A stretch of 63,202 nt of DNA, the filler included, from an uncultured Myxococcia bacterium (lineage in GTDB: Bacteria; CAZTWC01): assembly GCA_964617105.1 (NCBI GenBank). It is 10 parts of 10 records of this genome, joined end to end, with 100 filler letters (N's around TTAATTAATTAA, not from the genome) between each part and the next. Parts side by side here need not be neighbours in the genome. Positions count along the whole stretch, not along the records: positions 25,612 to 31,843 come from CAZTWC010000230.1; positions 31,944 to 38,155 come from CAZTWC010000232.1; positions 38,256 to 44,424 come from CAZTWC010000233.1; 7 more parts are not named here. The stretch is one strand, 5' to 3'. The translations under genes and the position numbers were made by a program. Below are positions 31,184-43,484 of this stretch, in pieces. Position 1 is the first letter of the stretch. Every line of letters starts with the position of its first letter. Below the pieces are notes generated by a model, which worked only from the letters and a program-made list of their open reading frames with translations, had not been told where the DNA came from and did not search any database.

Positions 31184-31261
31184 TTGGACGGATACCGTCC
31201 AATTTAAACCCAATTTTTCGTACATATCCGTCCAGCGAAAACGATCGTTTTTTGTGGACGG
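31184..31261. promoter_or_regulatory. Inverted-repeat cluster, candidate res site
   Basis: TTGGACGG-ata-CCGTCCAA, and CCGTCCA...TGGACGG enclosing palindrome AAAACGATCGTTTT, directly upstream of the resolvase remnant. Confidence 0.5.
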
Positions 31262-31308
31262 GTTGGCTCTCCTGAAATTAACTATTCTGAAAGTTCATTT
31301 AGGTTCCA

Positions 31309-31842
31309 ATGGCAAAAGATCAAAACAAATCACTAGAAATTATCCCCCGGGAGATAATTGAACATAAAATATACCTTATTCGAGGCCAGAAAGTGATGCT
31401 GGATAGTGACCTGGCGGTGATGTATGGGGTGGAAACTAAACGATTAAATGAGCAGGTTAAAAGAAATCAAGAAAGATTCCCTTCTGAATTCATGTTTCAG
31501 CTAACAAATCAAGAGTTTAGAACCTTGAAGTCGCAAATTGCGACCTCAAGTTGGGGTGGACGAAGAATACCACCATATGCTTTTACAGAGCACGGAGTGG
31601 CAATGCTGTCTGGGGTGTTGCATAGCAAAAGAGCCATCCAGGTCAATATTCTCATTATCAGAGCATTTATTCAAATGCGCCAAATGCTCGCGGAACACGC
31701 AGAAATATGGCGAAAGATAGAATCATTAGAAAAAAACGTCAATTTCCAGGGAGTCCAACTGAGCACTCTCATCGAGGAAGTTAACAAACTGTTGCCAGGG
31801 AGGCTGGTTGAGGTGAAGGAGATTAAGGGGTTTCGGGATTAG
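31309..31842 (+). CDS. ORF6N-domain DNA-binding protein
   Basis: IRGQKVMLDSDLAVMYGVETKRLNEQVKRNQERFPSEFMFQLT...PYAFTEHGVAMLS. Confidence 0.9.
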   Translation: MAKDQNKSLEIIPREIIEHKIYLIRGQKVMLDSDLAVMYGVETKRLNEQVKRNQERFPSEFMFQLTNQEFRTLKSQIATSSWGGRRIPPYAFTEHGVAMLSGVLHSKRAIQVNILIIRAFIQMRQMLAEHAEIWRKIESLEKNVNFQGVQLSTLIEEVNKLLPGRLVEVKEIKGFRD

Positions 31843-31943
31843 ANNNNNNNNNNNNNNNNNNNNNNNNNNNNNNNNNNNNNNNNNNNNTTAATTAATTAAN
31901 NNNNNNNNNNNNNNNNNNNNNNNNNNNNNNNNNNNNNNNNNNN

Positions 31944-32693
31944 CTCAGAAGTGGCGCTCTCCATGAGCACCCGGTAGAGTTTATTGTGGATATACATTTT
32001 TAGTATCTGGGGTAACAATGCCACTTTGCCAGGCTCGAAAACAGCATCAACCTGAAGTTCCATTTCTTCTGCAGTTTCGGCTGAATCTTCTTTCCCTTCT
32101 TCTGCACCAGAGGGTTGGATAGGCAAAAAATCCTCTTCCTGTATCTGCTGTTTACCGGTAGATATATAATGGTAATAGATTATCCTGGCAGCATCGAACT
32201 GGCCCTCGATAAAACGCGGCACCACTCGGCCTAAAACCCCTTCGGCCAACTTAAATGACTCCCTGAAGTCTACCTGCACCAGGGAATCCAATATCTCTTG
32301 CTGCTGTTTTTTTACATAGTCGTTGATCTTGTTGCCCACTGGATAGAGAATAATTTCCTCTACCCCTTTACTATTTTGTTGCCTGATATAACTATCTAGA
32401 TACTTCATCATATTGGAATTAAAGGAACCGCACAAACCACGATCCGAAGCACATACAATCAGACAAAGTTTCTTTACCGGTTTGGCCTTTAAAAAAGGAT
32501 GATCTTCAGGAGCACAGCCCTGGCTTATCTCCTGCACCACCTGCTCGAATTTGTTCAGGTAGGGAAGAGCGCCGGTGAGCATATCCTGGGCCTTTTTTAA
32601 CTTGGCCGCAGCCACCATCTTCATAGCCTTGGTGATCTGCTGAGTATTTTTAACTGAGCTTATCCTTTTACGGATGGCCTGTAAATTGGCCAT
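31944..32693 (-). CDS. atpG: ATP synthase F1 gamma subunit, 3'-partial
   Basis: RISSVKNTQQITKAMKMVAAAK, SDRGLCGSFN. Confidence 0.96.
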
Positions 32694-32713
32694 AGTTCAC
32701 CTCCTGTTGTCAC

Positions 32714-34255
<1,542 letters not shown>

Positions 34256-34358
34256 TTAAAGAAATGTTTAAATTAAACGATTATTATTTATCTGAATAAT
34301 ATTTACATAAAACTAAGGGCAACGAGAACGCCGCAGGCTGTTATCGTTGTCCGCCATA

Positions 34359-34898
34359 TTACACTTGTGAAGCTAAACTAGCCTTAAGCCCCTCCAAACG
34401 GGAATAAATCGAACCATCATATATTGTGCTTCCCACTCTGGTGACTGCACCGCCAATTATCTCTTTGTCCACCTTCCAGTTGACCTCCACCTCTTTATCC
34501 AGCACTTTTTTCAAGGTGGCCAGGAATTTATCCTTATCCACTTTTTTCAGGCTAACCGCTGAGGTTACATCTACCTGTATCCGGTTGAGCGCTTCATTTA
34601 CCAAATTGTTAAAACAGTGGCAAATTGCTTCTACCTGAAGCAGTCTCCCGTGTTCCAACAGGTAACTGTTGAACTGCTGCAGCAGAGAATCCAGTTTTAG
34701 ACCGGCAAACAGATCCTGTAATACCGCTTGCTTCTCTTCCACGGCAAAGGCCGGGCTTACAAACAGATGCTGTAACTCCGGTTTTTTTATGGTGGCCACA
34801 AAATCCTTCATCTGTTTGAGAATTTTTTGGTAATCCTTGGCATCGCACAACTCAAAAAGCGCCTGGGCATACCGCCGGGCTATTTTACTCCCCAACAT
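34359..34898 (-). CDS. atpH: ATP synthase F1 delta subunit
   Basis: IARRYAQALF, VTSA, VDKEIIGG..YDGSI. Confidence 0.93.
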   Translation of the reverse strand: MLGSKIARRYAQALFELCDAKDYQKILKQMKDFVATIKKPELQHLFVSPAFAVEEKQAVLQDLFAGLKLDSLLQQFNSYLLEHGRLLQVEAICHCFNNLVNEALNRIQVDVTSAVSLKKVDKDKFLATLKKVLDKEVEVNWKVDKEIIGGAVTRVGSTIYDGSIYSRLEGLKASLASQV

Positions 34899-35113
34899 AG
34901 TAAACTCTCCTTAAAAAAAAACACTAGCAGTTACCGGAAATTTATTTAAACTTAAATGTCTGAAAACATTAGCATTTATCTGTTTAAAAACCATCTTTTC
35001 CGAGATTTAATTTATGGATTTGCAAGCTATCACAAAAAAGAAGTTTTGTCAAGACAGTTCCGCCTTATTGCTACTTCAATTTCTTTTTCATTTTCCTTGG
35101 CATATTGATGATA

Positions 35114-35362
35114 CTAAAAACCGTGGGCCATACTGGCTACAAAACTCTTTAGAAATTCGATGCCGATTATAATCAAAATAGGAGAAAAATCGATACCACC
35201 CAAATTGGGTATTATTCGGCGTAATGGCACCATCACCGGATTGGTGACATCCCTGAGTAAAATGGCAGCTTTATGCCGGTTGTTATGAGGCACCCATGAA
35301 AGTACTACTCTCACAATAATCAGAAACTCGTAAAGTTCCAACAGCATTAAAATTAATGTCAT
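35114..35362 (-). CDS. yggT: YggT family membrane protein
   Basis: IIVRVVLSWV..TNPVMVPLRRIIPNLGGIDFSPI. Confidence 0.88.
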   Translation of the reverse strand: MTLILMLLELYEFLIIVRVVLSWVPHNNRHKAAILLRDVTNPVMVPLRRIIPNLGGIDFSPILIIIGIEFLKSFVASMAHGF

Positions 35363-35480
35363 ATTTGCTCCATGTTGATTCTGCGTTTATATTTCGCTAC
35401 TTTCAGAATAATTAGGTATGAGTTCCAATCCCAGATACCCATAACCTATAACCCAAAAACCCTCGTTTGATCAACCACTA

Positions 35481-35509
35481 TTGACTTTACCGCTCCAACC
35501 GGGCATAAT
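35481..35509 (+). promoter_or_regulatory. sigma70 promoter of metK
   Basis: TTGACT-17 nt-CATAAT. Confidence 0.5.
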
Positions 35510-35581
35510 ATTTAGTTCTGTATTATAAGAACGAAAAAAATTCCCGGGATTTCAATGACGGTTTGACAAAGGAGAGTCACA

Positions 35582-36745
35582 ATGAACAATGGAAATTTTC
35601 TTTTTACCTCAGAATCGGTGACCGAAGGACACCCAGATAAAATCGCCGACCAAATTAGTGATGCCATCCTGGATTCTATCCTGGCTCAAGATCCCAGGGG
35701 GCGGGTGGCGTGTGAAACCATGGTCACCACCGGATTGGCAATGATTGCGGGCGAAATCACCACCAAATGTTATGTCGATATGCCAAACATCGTCAGAAAA
35801 AAAATCGCTGAAATCGGTTATTGCCACTCTGACATGGGGTTTGACAACGAAACCTGCGCAGTTATCTCCTCTATTGACAAGCAGAGTCCTGATATTGCCC
35901 AGGGCGTAAACGAGGGTGATGGACTATTTGCGGAACAGGGCGCTGGCGACCAGGGCCTGATGTTCGGTTTTGCAGTTAACGACACTCCAGAATTGATGCC
36001 TATGCCAATCCATCTGGCCCATTCTCTCACCAAGCGGTTAGCCAAGTGCCGCAAAGAACAGATTTTGGATTTTCTGCGCCCCGATGGCAAATCACAAGTA
36101 ACCGTTGAATATGAAAACGGCCGGCCCAAACGGTGCGATGCTGTGGTAATCTCATCCCAGCATAAGGCGGATGTAAGTTATAATAATCTCAAAGAGGGAA
36201 TTATCGAAGAGGTAATTAAAAAGACTATCTCTCCAGAAATGCTGGATGATAAAACCAAATATTTTATCAACCCCACTGGCAAATTCGTTGAGGGTGGTCC
36301 CAAGGCAGACTGTGGTCTAACCGGCCGCAAAATCATTGTGGATACTTACGGTGGCTGGGGTCATCACGGCGGTGGCTGCTTTAGCGGCAAAGATCCGTCC
36401 AAGGTTGACCGAAGCGCCTCTTACATGGCTCGTTATGTGGCTAAAAACCTGGTATCCGCCGGCCTGGCCCACCAATGTGAAGTGCAAGTGGCTTACGCTA
36501 TTGGCGTGGCGGAACCGGTTTCGGTACTTGTCAATACTTATGGCAGCGGCAAATATCCGGACTCAAAACTCACCGAAGCCACCATTAAAACTTTTGATCT
36601 TAGGCCCCGGATGATTATCGAAACCTTAGACCTGTTGCAGCCCATCTATTCGAAAACTGCTGCTTATGGTCATTTTGGACGCAATGAAGATACCTTTTCC
36701 TGGGAAAAAACCGACAGCGTAGAAAAACTATTGGCAAATATTTAA
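35582..36745 (+). CDS. metK: S-adenosylmethionine synthetase
   Basis: [35 protein letters not shown]. Confidence 0.98.
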   Translation: MNNGNFLFTSESVTEGHPDKIADQISDAILDSILAQDPRGRVACETMVTTGLAMIAGEITTKCYVDMPNIVRKKIAEIGYCHSDMGFDNETCAVISSIDKQSPDIAQGVNEGDGLFAEQGAGDQGLMFGFAVNDTPELMPMPIHLAHSLTKRLAKCRKEQILDFLRPDGKSQVTVEYENGRPKRCDAVVISSQHKADVSYNNLKEGIIEEVIKKTISPEMLDDKTKYFINPTGKFVEGGPKADCGLTGRKIIVDTYGGWGHHGGGCFSGKDPSKVDRSASYMARYVAKNLVSAGLAHQCEVQVAYAIGVAEPVSVLVNTYGSGKYPDSKLTEATIKTFDLRPRMIIETLDLLQPIYSKTAAYGHFGRNEDTFSWEKTDSVEKLLANI

Positions 36746-36765
36746 AGGGATCACCTACGGCGTCA

Positions 36766-36954
36766 GCTAGCCGAGATGCAGCCGAATTCGTTTTAAAAGT
36801 ATATAAAAGGACCACTTCGTAGCGAGAATTTGGATGCGCTTGGATAGCAAGGCGCCGGAAAAAAATTACCGGAGTCGTATGGATAATACTTCGAGGATAA
36901 TTTTTTTTCGGCAACGCCGCTAGCCGAGATGCAGCCGAATTCGCAGCAGAAGTG
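36766..36954. repeat. REP/MITE-like imperfect palindromic element plus a duplicated 25-bp arm
   Basis: GCTAGCCGAGATGCAGCCGAATTCG at 36766 and 36919; CACTTC...GAAGTG ends; relatives at 44655 and 50794. Confidence 0.75.
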
Positions 36955-36958
36955 AGGG

Positions 36959-37468
36959 TTATGAGGGTTCTATCCGGGCTAACTTAGCCCCTCCCTCTAC
37001 GGTCTGACCAGCCTTCACACAAATCTCCACTACTTGGCCGTCAATGGAGGAACGCAGTTCATTTTCCATTTTCATGGCTTCCACCACCACTAAACCTTCA
37101 TCCTTTTTAACCAGATCTCCCTCTTTTTTCATCACTTTTACCACTTTTCCCGGCATGGAGGTAGAGATCACCTGCCCTCCTTCCACCGCCATCTCGCCCC
37201 GTATTTTCTTGATACGAAGTTTCTTTTCATCCAAAACTTCCACTGGAAAAGTGTTGTGCCCCAAATAAACATGTACGGTATCATCTTCACTTGAAAAATC
37301 GAAATCGTAATGACGGTTGTCGATTAACATGGAAAAAGAGTTGGGGTTTACCCGGTGGGCATCAACAATTTTTACCTTGCCGTTAATCTTGACTTTAAAC
37401 AGCGAAACGCCTACCTCTTCCAATTCGATATCAAAACAATTTTGGTCGACCCTGGCCTGATATTTCAT
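36959..37468 (-). CDS. Biotin carboxyl carrier subunit of an acyl-CoA carboxylase
   Basis: MPGKVV, EAMKMENE biotinylation motif. Confidence 0.92.
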   Translation of the reverse strand: MKYQARVDQNCFDIELEEVGVSLFKVKINGKVKIVDAHRVNPNSFSMLIDNRHYDFDFSSEDDTVHVYLGHNTFPVEVLDEKKLRIKKIRGEMAVEGGQVISTSMPGKVVKVMKKEGDLVKKDEGLVVVEAMKMENELRSSIDGQVVEICVKAGQTVEGGAKLARIEPS

Positions 37469-37519
37469 TTATTATTACCTTATTATCATAGTTCTTGTTA
37501 TTTTTTGGACAGACACTTG

Positions 37520-38155
37520 CTAATACCTAAATAACTGCCTCAGCCGGCCAGCCAATTTCCAGGGCACCATATTTGAACTGCCCCCACCTTTTTGATCCTG
37601 CTGGATGTGATTATCTGCTTCCTGTTGACTCAACCTGTATTCAGCAATGGCCGCCCCTATGGCAGAAATCTCCATATCTTCGCTGTCTTCAAAATCCATT
37701 AAATTATCCCACTCCAGCTCGATCAAATTGGTATCATAGTCTCCAGAAAGAAAAGTTTGATTTTCCAACAATTTTTTTAAGAAAACGATATTGGTATCGA
37801 TGCCGCAGACCGAGTAGTTGGTCAAGCACCTTTTCATCCGATCAATAGCCTCTTGCCTATCCCTACCCCAGGTTACCAGTTTGGCGATCATAGGATCATA
37901 ATAAACCGGCACAGTAACCCCTGAATATATCCCAGAATCAACCCTTACATTTGGGCCGGCTGGTTCGCGCAAAAACTTGATATCCCCTGGTGAAGGCAAA
38001 AATTGATTACGCGGATTTTCTGCGTAAATCCTGCACTCAATGGAGGAACCACGGGGAGTTATCTCCTCTTGACGATAAGATATGGGCTGACCACCGGCAA
38101 TGAGGACCTGCTCCTTCACCAGATCAACTCTGGTGACCATTTCGGTAATGGGATG
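37520..38155 (-). CDS. Biotin carboxylase subunit, 5'-partial
   Basis: HPITE, IECRIYAE, VRVDSG, YYDPMIAKL. Confidence 0.92.
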   Translation of the reverse strand, partial: HPITEMVTRVDLVKEQVLIAGGQPISYRQEEITPRGSSIECRIYAENPRNQFLPSPGDIKFLREPAGPNVRVDSGIYSGVTVPVYYDPMIAKLVTWGRDRQEAIDRMKRCLTNYSVCGIDTNIVFLKKLLENQTFLSGDYDTNLIELEWDNLMDFEDSEDMEISAIGAAIAEYRLSQQEADNHIQQDQKGGGSSNMVPWKLAGRLRQLFRY

Positions 38156-38255
38156 NNNNNNNNNNNNNNNNNNNNNNNNNNNNNNNNNNNNNNNNNNNNT
38201 TAATTAATTAANNNNNNNNNNNNNNNNNNNNNNNNNNNNNNNNNNNNNNNNNNNN

Positions 38256-38524
38256 GCCAGAGCCTGGGTGTTGGAGCAGTCACCCTGGGTAACCGCTACT
38301 AACTGGGGAATTTTTTCTGTAATGATGGTGGCGTATATACCTTTAATCCAGGTACAGACAGTGGCTGAAAAGCCTTGATGTTCAGCCATTTCCACCCGTT
38401 CACAACTACCAGGCGACTTAATAAACAAGTTGTTCAAATCCAGTGCTTTTTTGCCGGCAGCAAAGATAACTTCCACCGGAATGGTGGTGGTCAAACCGAC
38501 TCTGTTATCGTCTTTATCCGCCAT
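38256..38524 (-). CDS. 2-hydroxyacyl-CoA dehydratase family subunit, 3'-partial
   Basis: VGLTTTIPVEVIFAAG, CTWIKGIY, TQGDCSNTQAL. Confidence 0.8.
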
Positions 38525-38765
38525 AGCCTTTAATTACCCCTAAACGTTAAGGTTACCTGAAACTACCGGTAGTTTCAAGCAAATATTACCAAGAGCAGTA
38601 ACCCCAGTAATGGTGACAATTATTAATTTTCAGGATATTGATTTTGTTTCTGGTAAGGGATAAAAAATTTGACAAACCAGCAACCTATAATAATATGTAA
38701 TCTGTTTTATGATGCCTTAAAGATATTATACGAGATGGAGAAAATCCTTCTTAAGGAGGTCCTAT

Positions 38766-39395
38766 ATGTCAAGAACTATACTGCCCAAATTTACCTTGAT
38801 TATCTCCTTGTTTGCAATGGTGCTTTTCTGGAACGCCTTACCTTGCCGTGCCGTAGAGATATATTTTAACAAGGTGAAGATTACCGGTTTGAAAGACCAG
38901 CAGTTTAAAAATTGCGGTCTTAAATTCGATGCCAATGGAGATCTGTATATATCCGCATCTCAATACAAGGTCAAGCAAGTAGGAGAGGGCGAAGATATCC
39001 AACCGGAAAAAGAGATTACCCCCCGCAAAGATAAACTGGTGACCAAGGATTATTTTTTGGTATTTCAACAAACAGCCCGTAATGCTACTGGTTACAACCT
39101 GACCTTGTTGATCAATAAAAAACTGGTGAGATCTATTTTAAATCGCGAAACGCAGGTGGTTATTCCGGTAACCGATTATTTGAGAAAGGGAAAAAATACT
39201 CTTACGGTAAAAGCGGTCAAGAAAAACTATTCCAAGGCTATGAAAAAGGATAAAACCAGTGTGATTAATCTTATCCTGGGAATGGGCAAGAGTAAAAACC
39301 AGCAGTTGATGATCGAAAAACCTCTGGTGGAGTATAAGCGCCGCGCTAATGAAACTAAAAACTATAAAAATGATTTTATTTTTCAGGCTAAGTGA
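38766..39395 (+). CDS. Exported hypothetical protein
   Basis: AGGAGG RBS, signal peptide, 209 aa, overlaps the next gene. Confidence 0.7.
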   Translation: MSRTILPKFTLIISLFAMVLFWNALPCRAVEIYFNKVKITGLKDQQFKNCGLKFDANGDLYISASQYKVKQVGEGEDIQPEKEITPRKDKLVTKDYFLVFQQTARNATGYNLTLLINKKLVRSILNRETQVVIPVTDYLRKGKNTLTVKAVKKNYSKAMKKDKTSVINLILGMGKSKNQQLMIEKPLVEYKRRANETKNYKNDFIFQAK

Positions 39396-40210
39396 TAGTG
39401 TCCATTAAAATTATTACATACCGGTTAATTTTTATTACTCTTTTGGCCTTTCTAACAATTTATTCCTGTGCACCCACTCTTAGTAAAGAAAAAATAGCCA
39501 AAGCCAATTACTATTATGATTTGGGCCTCTCCCATTTTAATAACGGCGAATTTGAAAAGGCTCTGGTAAATTACAAACGAGCCCGGGAAATAAACCCGGA
39601 CTTTCATAGCTTACACTTTGCCATGGGACTTCTCTTTCATCAAATCAACAAACTCTCCTTAGCAGAGAAACACTACCAGAAGTCTTTAGATTTGAGCAAA
39701 GATCAACCCCAGGTAATCAACAATATGGGTATTTTATACATGGACCAAAAACGGTTTAAAAAGGCTATTACCATGTTTAAAAAGGCGCTCTCTTATTCCA
39801 GTTATTCTACTCCCGCTTTTGCTGAAGCTAATTTGGGCTGGGCTCTTTTTATCACCAATAGCAAGATTGAAGGACTAAAACATTTGAAATTGGCGGTTGA
39901 TTTGAATCCCCGCCTTTGCCTGGGACACAGGTTGCTGGGATTGGCTTTTATTAAGGAGAAAAAATTTGCAGAAGCGGAAAAAAAATTTCGAAAATATAGC
40001 CTGCTTTGTCCATCGGCAGACGCTGATTTCAGGTTGGGACAATTATACCAAAAAAAAGAGCAAAAATGGGCCGGCCAGGATGATAAAAAGGCGATGATGC
40101 ATTTTGAGAAATGCTATAAACAACTGCCTTTAAGTGAAATAGGTAATAGATGCCAACAAATTTTATTAAAATATCGAGAGGGAAAAGGGGAGAACAATGG
40201 AACTAAGTGA
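39392..40210 (+). CDS. TPR lipoprotein, Tgl/PilF-like type IV pilus secretin pilotin
   Basis: Lipobox IYSC; serial TPRs; YSTPAFAEANLGWA, NPRLCLG; followed by a RodZ-like HTH gene. Confidence 0.7.
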   Translation: MIVSIKIITYRLIFITLLAFLTIYSCAPTLSKEKIAKANYYYDLGLSHFNNGEFEKALVNYKRAREINPDFHSLHFAMGLLFHQINKLSLAEKHYQKSLDLSKDQPQVINNMGILYMDQKRFKKAITMFKKALSYSSYSTPAFAEANLGWALFITNSKIEGLKHLKLAVDLNPRLCLGHRLLGLAFIKEKKFAEAEKKFRKYSLLCPSADADFRLGQLYQKKEQKWAGQDDKKAMMHFEKCYKQLPLSEIGNRCQQILLKYREGKGENNGTK

Positions 40211-40598
40211 GAGCAATGGTATGGAGACAAAATTGGGCGTTCTCATCAAAGAGAGGCGGCAAGAGCAGGGGATTGAGTTAAATACTATTTCCAGGCTGAC
40301 TAAAATACCAGAAAAAACCTTACGGGCTATGGAAGATGATGATGCCACTTTGCTTCCGGCTAGCGTATATGTGCGTGGATTTTTACGGCAATATTCACAG
40401 ATAGTAGGTTTGAATCCCCAGGAGATGGTAGAGTTATATCGCAGTCAGAATTATTCCCACAACGATGACGAAGAGTTTTGGGCCCAGGAAAATCAAAAAC
40501 TCAAAACTCGTTCTCTAATGTTGGCATTGGGTTTTATGGCAATTTGTAGCGGAGTGGGGGCTGTATTTGCCACCAGTTATTTTGTTTTAGCCGGTTAA
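40197..40598 (+). CDS. RodZ-like HTH membrane protein
   Basis: LGVLIKERRQEQGIEL..TKI..LRAME..LPASVYVRGFLRQY, C-terminal TM. Confidence 0.8.
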   Translation: MELSESNGMETKLGVLIKERRQEQGIELNTISRLTKIPEKTLRAMEDDDATLLPASVYVRGFLRQYSQIVGLNPQEMVELYRSQNYSHNDDEEFWAQENQKLKTRSLMLALGFMAICSGVGAVFATSYFVLAG

Positions 40599-40599
40599 T

Positions 40600-43317
40600 T
40601 TAGGGCTCCTTTAACATCTCTTTAATAATCTTTTCCGCCTCTTTTAGAGCTCCAGGTAATCCTGGGATATCTTTTCCGCCCCCTTTGGCAAAATCGGGCC
40701 GGCCACCGCCACCACCTTTGAGTAATTGACTGATCTTTTTCACCATTTGTCCGGCGTGGATTTTTTCCAACCCTTTGGAGCGAAATCCCAGTAAAAAGAT
40801 TTTGCCCTTTTCTTGGTCCACTGCGGCCAGTAATCCAGCGGTATTATCCCGGCTGCGCAGATTATCGGCGATTTCGCCTAACTGGTTTGGCTTATAATCA
40901 CCCAGATTTTGAATGATTACTCGAATAGATGAATCCACCAGGGAGGCCTGCGCCAAGAGCGTATTGGGTAGAGTTTTGATATCTTTTTGAGAGGTCTGGG
41001 TTCTCTTTTTTTTCATCTCTTTAATCTGGGCTTGTATTTTTTCGATCCTCTCGGGCACCATTTCCAAAGGAACTCCCAGGCGGGTGGCACTCTGTTTGAG
41101 TATTTTTCGCCAATTCAGGGCGTGTTGTACTGCTTTGGGGCCGGTAACTGCTTCCACTCTCCTGACTCCAGCCTCGCAAGCAGATTCGGACACTATGGCA
41201 AAAAAACCGATTTCCCCAGTAGCCCGCACATGGGTTCCACCGCATAATTCACGGGAAAAACCACCCACATCCACCACCCGGACCCATTGTCCGTATTTTT
41301 CCCCAAACAGGGCAGTAACCCCGCTTTTTAATGCTTCTTGTTTCTCCATTACCGCGATGTTCAAGCCAATATTTTCTCTGATACTTTGATTTACCAGAAG
41401 TTCGATTTTTTCCAATTCTTCATCAGTGATTGAATTGCGATGGGAAACATCAAAACGTAGCCGGTTTTCGTCTACCACAGAACCGTGTTGGTCCGCATTT
41501 TCGCCTAGCACCTTTTTCATAGCCCAGTGCATCAGGTGAGTGGCGGTATGGTTGGCCATGATGGCCAGACGTCTCTCCATATCCACCTTCATAGATACCT
41601 GGGCAGGCAATTCAGTTCGATTTCCTTTGGCCAGGAAACCGAGATGAAGATAAACATCACCAGTTTTGATGGTGTTGTTCACCTTAAAGTCAAAATTATC
41701 GCCAGTTATGTGACCCTGGTCGCCTACCTGTCCACCGGACTCAGCATAAAAAGGGGTGGTGTCAGTAACCATTGCCAGGCTTAGTTTTGGATTGGCTTCA
41801 GCCACGGTAGTGTCGATAATCTTGAGGATTTTTCCTTGTCCGTCTATGGCCGCAGCAACATCAGGAGCACCTTTGTCGCCATCCTTTACCCGTTGTTCCC
41901 AGTACCCGTGGAATAAGGTGGCCGGCAATCCTTCCACCCTGTTGGGATCAACTATTTGCTCCTCTTTTTCCCCTTTGGAACTCTCCCGGTGTTCAGATTC
42001 TGCTTTTTGCCAGGTTTCATTGTCCACCTGCAGCCCTTTTTCCCGGGCCATAAGGTCGATTAGATCGCGAGGAAAACCGTCTTGATGGTAGAGTCGATAG
42101 GCAATATGTCCATCAATAATATCTTTCTTCTCTTTTTGAAGATTATCTGTCACCAGGGTAAATCTTTCGATACCCCGGTGGATGGTTTTGGCGAACAGTT
42201 CCTCTTCAAAATCAAAGGTTTGGCAAATCACCTCTTCCCGGCGTTTAATCTCTGGAAAAGTTTCAGAGAATATATCCATCACCGCTGGCATCAACCGGGA
42301 TAAAATCGGTTCCTGGAGTTCAAGAGTTTGGCGACTGAAGCGGCAGGCCCGGCGCAGCAGCCGGCGTAGCACGTATCCGCGTCCAACTTTGCCGGGCAGT
42401 GCTCCATCTGCTATGGCCACTGCCAAAGCCCGTACATGGTCAGCAATTACCCTGAAAGCCACATCAACCTTTTTATGGTTTCCGTATTGATGTCCGCTTA
42501 TATCTTCTAATATTTTAATAATCGGGGTAAACAGGTCGGTATCGTAGTTGGACTGGTAATTTTGCATCACTGCTACCAGCCTTTCCAATCCCATACCGGT
42601 ATCTACATGTTTGTTGGGAAGATCCTTCAGAGAGCCGCCCTGGAGCCGGTTGAATTGAATAAAAACCAGGTTCCAAATTTCGATATAGCGGCTGCAGTCA
42701 CCATTGACCCGGCATACGTGTCCAGGTATATGGCCAAGTTCACACATCTCTGGGCCCTGGTCGAAATGGATCTCTGAACAGGGGCCGCAAGGACCGGTTT
42801 CTCCCATCTCCCAGAAATTATCTTTTCTACTGCAACGCAGCATTCTTTCGGCCGGGAGATCAGATATTTCAAGCCATAAATTCTCTGCTTCCAAATCTGG
42901 GCCCAGATCCATTTGGTCGTCACCGCCAAAAACCGTGGTCCACAGTTTTTCAGTAGGAAGTTGGCAGACATTGGCCAGATAATCCCAGGCCCATCTTATG
43001 GCATCTTCTTTAAAATAGTCGCCAAAAGACCAGTTGCCCAGCATCTCGAAAAAAGTGTGGTGATAGGTGTCTTGTCCAACTTCCTCCAGATCGTTGTGCT
43101 TGCCGGAAACCCGCAGGCATTTTTGGGTATCAGCCACCCTGGAGCAGTCATAGGTGCCGGTACCTAGAAAGATATCTTTAAATTGGTTCATCCCGGCGTT
43201 GGTAAATAGCAGGGTAGGGTCGCCCTGGGGAATAATGGGCGCGGACTCTATAATCCGGTGACCCTGGTTTTCAAAATATTGGAAAAACGAGTTGCGAATC
43301 TGTTTGGCGGTTTTCAT
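40600..43317 (-). CDS. alaS: Alanyl-tRNA synthetase (true start 43317, MKTAKQIRNSF)
   Basis: LLFTNAGMNQFK, FFEMLGNWSFGDYFK, HTATH, ELCGGTHV, GGGGRPDFA. Confidence 0.98.
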   Translation of the reverse strand: MKTAKQIRNSFFQYFENQGHRIIESAPIIPQGDPTLLFTNAGMNQFKDIFLGTGTYDCSRVADTQKCLRVSGKHNDLEEVGQDTYHHTFFEMLGNWSFGDYFKEDAIRWAWDYLANVCQLPTEKLWTTVFGGDDQMDLGPDLEAENLWLEISDLPAERMLRCSRKDNFWEMGETGPCGPCSEIHFDQGPEMCELGHIPGHVCRVNGDCSRYIEIWNLVFIQFNRLQGGSLKDLPNKHVDTGMGLERLVAVMQNYQSNYDTDLFTPIIKILEDISGHQYGNHKKVDVAFRVIADHVRALAVAIADGALPGKVGRGYVLRRLLRRACRFSRQTLELQEPILSRLMPAVMDIFSETFPEIKRREEVICQTFDFEEELFAKTIHRGIERFTLVTDNLQKEKKDIIDGHIAYRLYHQDGFPRDLIDLMAREKGLQVDNETWQKAESEHRESSKGEKEEQIVDPNRVEGLPATLFHGYWEQRVKDGDKGAPDVAAAIDGQGKILKIIDTTVAEANPKLSLAMVTDTTPFYAESGGQVGDQGHITGDNFDFKVNNTIKTGDVYLHLGFLAKGNRTELPAQVSMKVDMERRLAIMANHTATHLMHWAMKKVLGENADQHGSVVDENRLRFDVSHRNSITDEELEKIELLVNQSIRENIGLNIAVMEKQEALKSGVTALFGEKYGQWVRVVDVGGFSRELCGGTHVRATGEIGFFAIVSESACEAGVRRVEAVTGPKAVQHALNWRKILKQSATRLGVPLEMVPERIEKIQAQIKEMKKKRTQTSQKDIKTLPNTLLAQASLVDSSIRVIIQNLGDYKPNQLGEIADNLRSRDNTAGLLAAVDQEKGKIFLLGFRSKGLEKIHAGQMVKKISQLLKGGGGGRPDFAKGGGKDIPGLPGALKEAEKIIKEMLKEP

Positions 43318-43398
43318 GTAGGCTCCTGGTAAACCAATTAACAAATTGGACTGTATTTTAGCAGAAAAATTGAATTTACCAAAGGGGAAATTGATGAT

Positions 43399-43483
43399 GA
43401 GCATTTCGACATGTGGCAAATTTCGTTCACGAGGCCAACCCGGGTGCACTGGTTCTCCGCTGCAGGCTTCGCTCCGCCCCAGG
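43399..43483 (-). repeat. Second copy of the 85-bp dispersed repeat
   Basis: Reverse complement of 25828-25912. Confidence 0.9.
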
Positions 43484-43484
43484 T

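Noticed and set aside
35400-35581. SAM riboswitch upstream of metK
   Set aside because: No recognisable SAM-I/II core, and the leader after the predicted promoter is short
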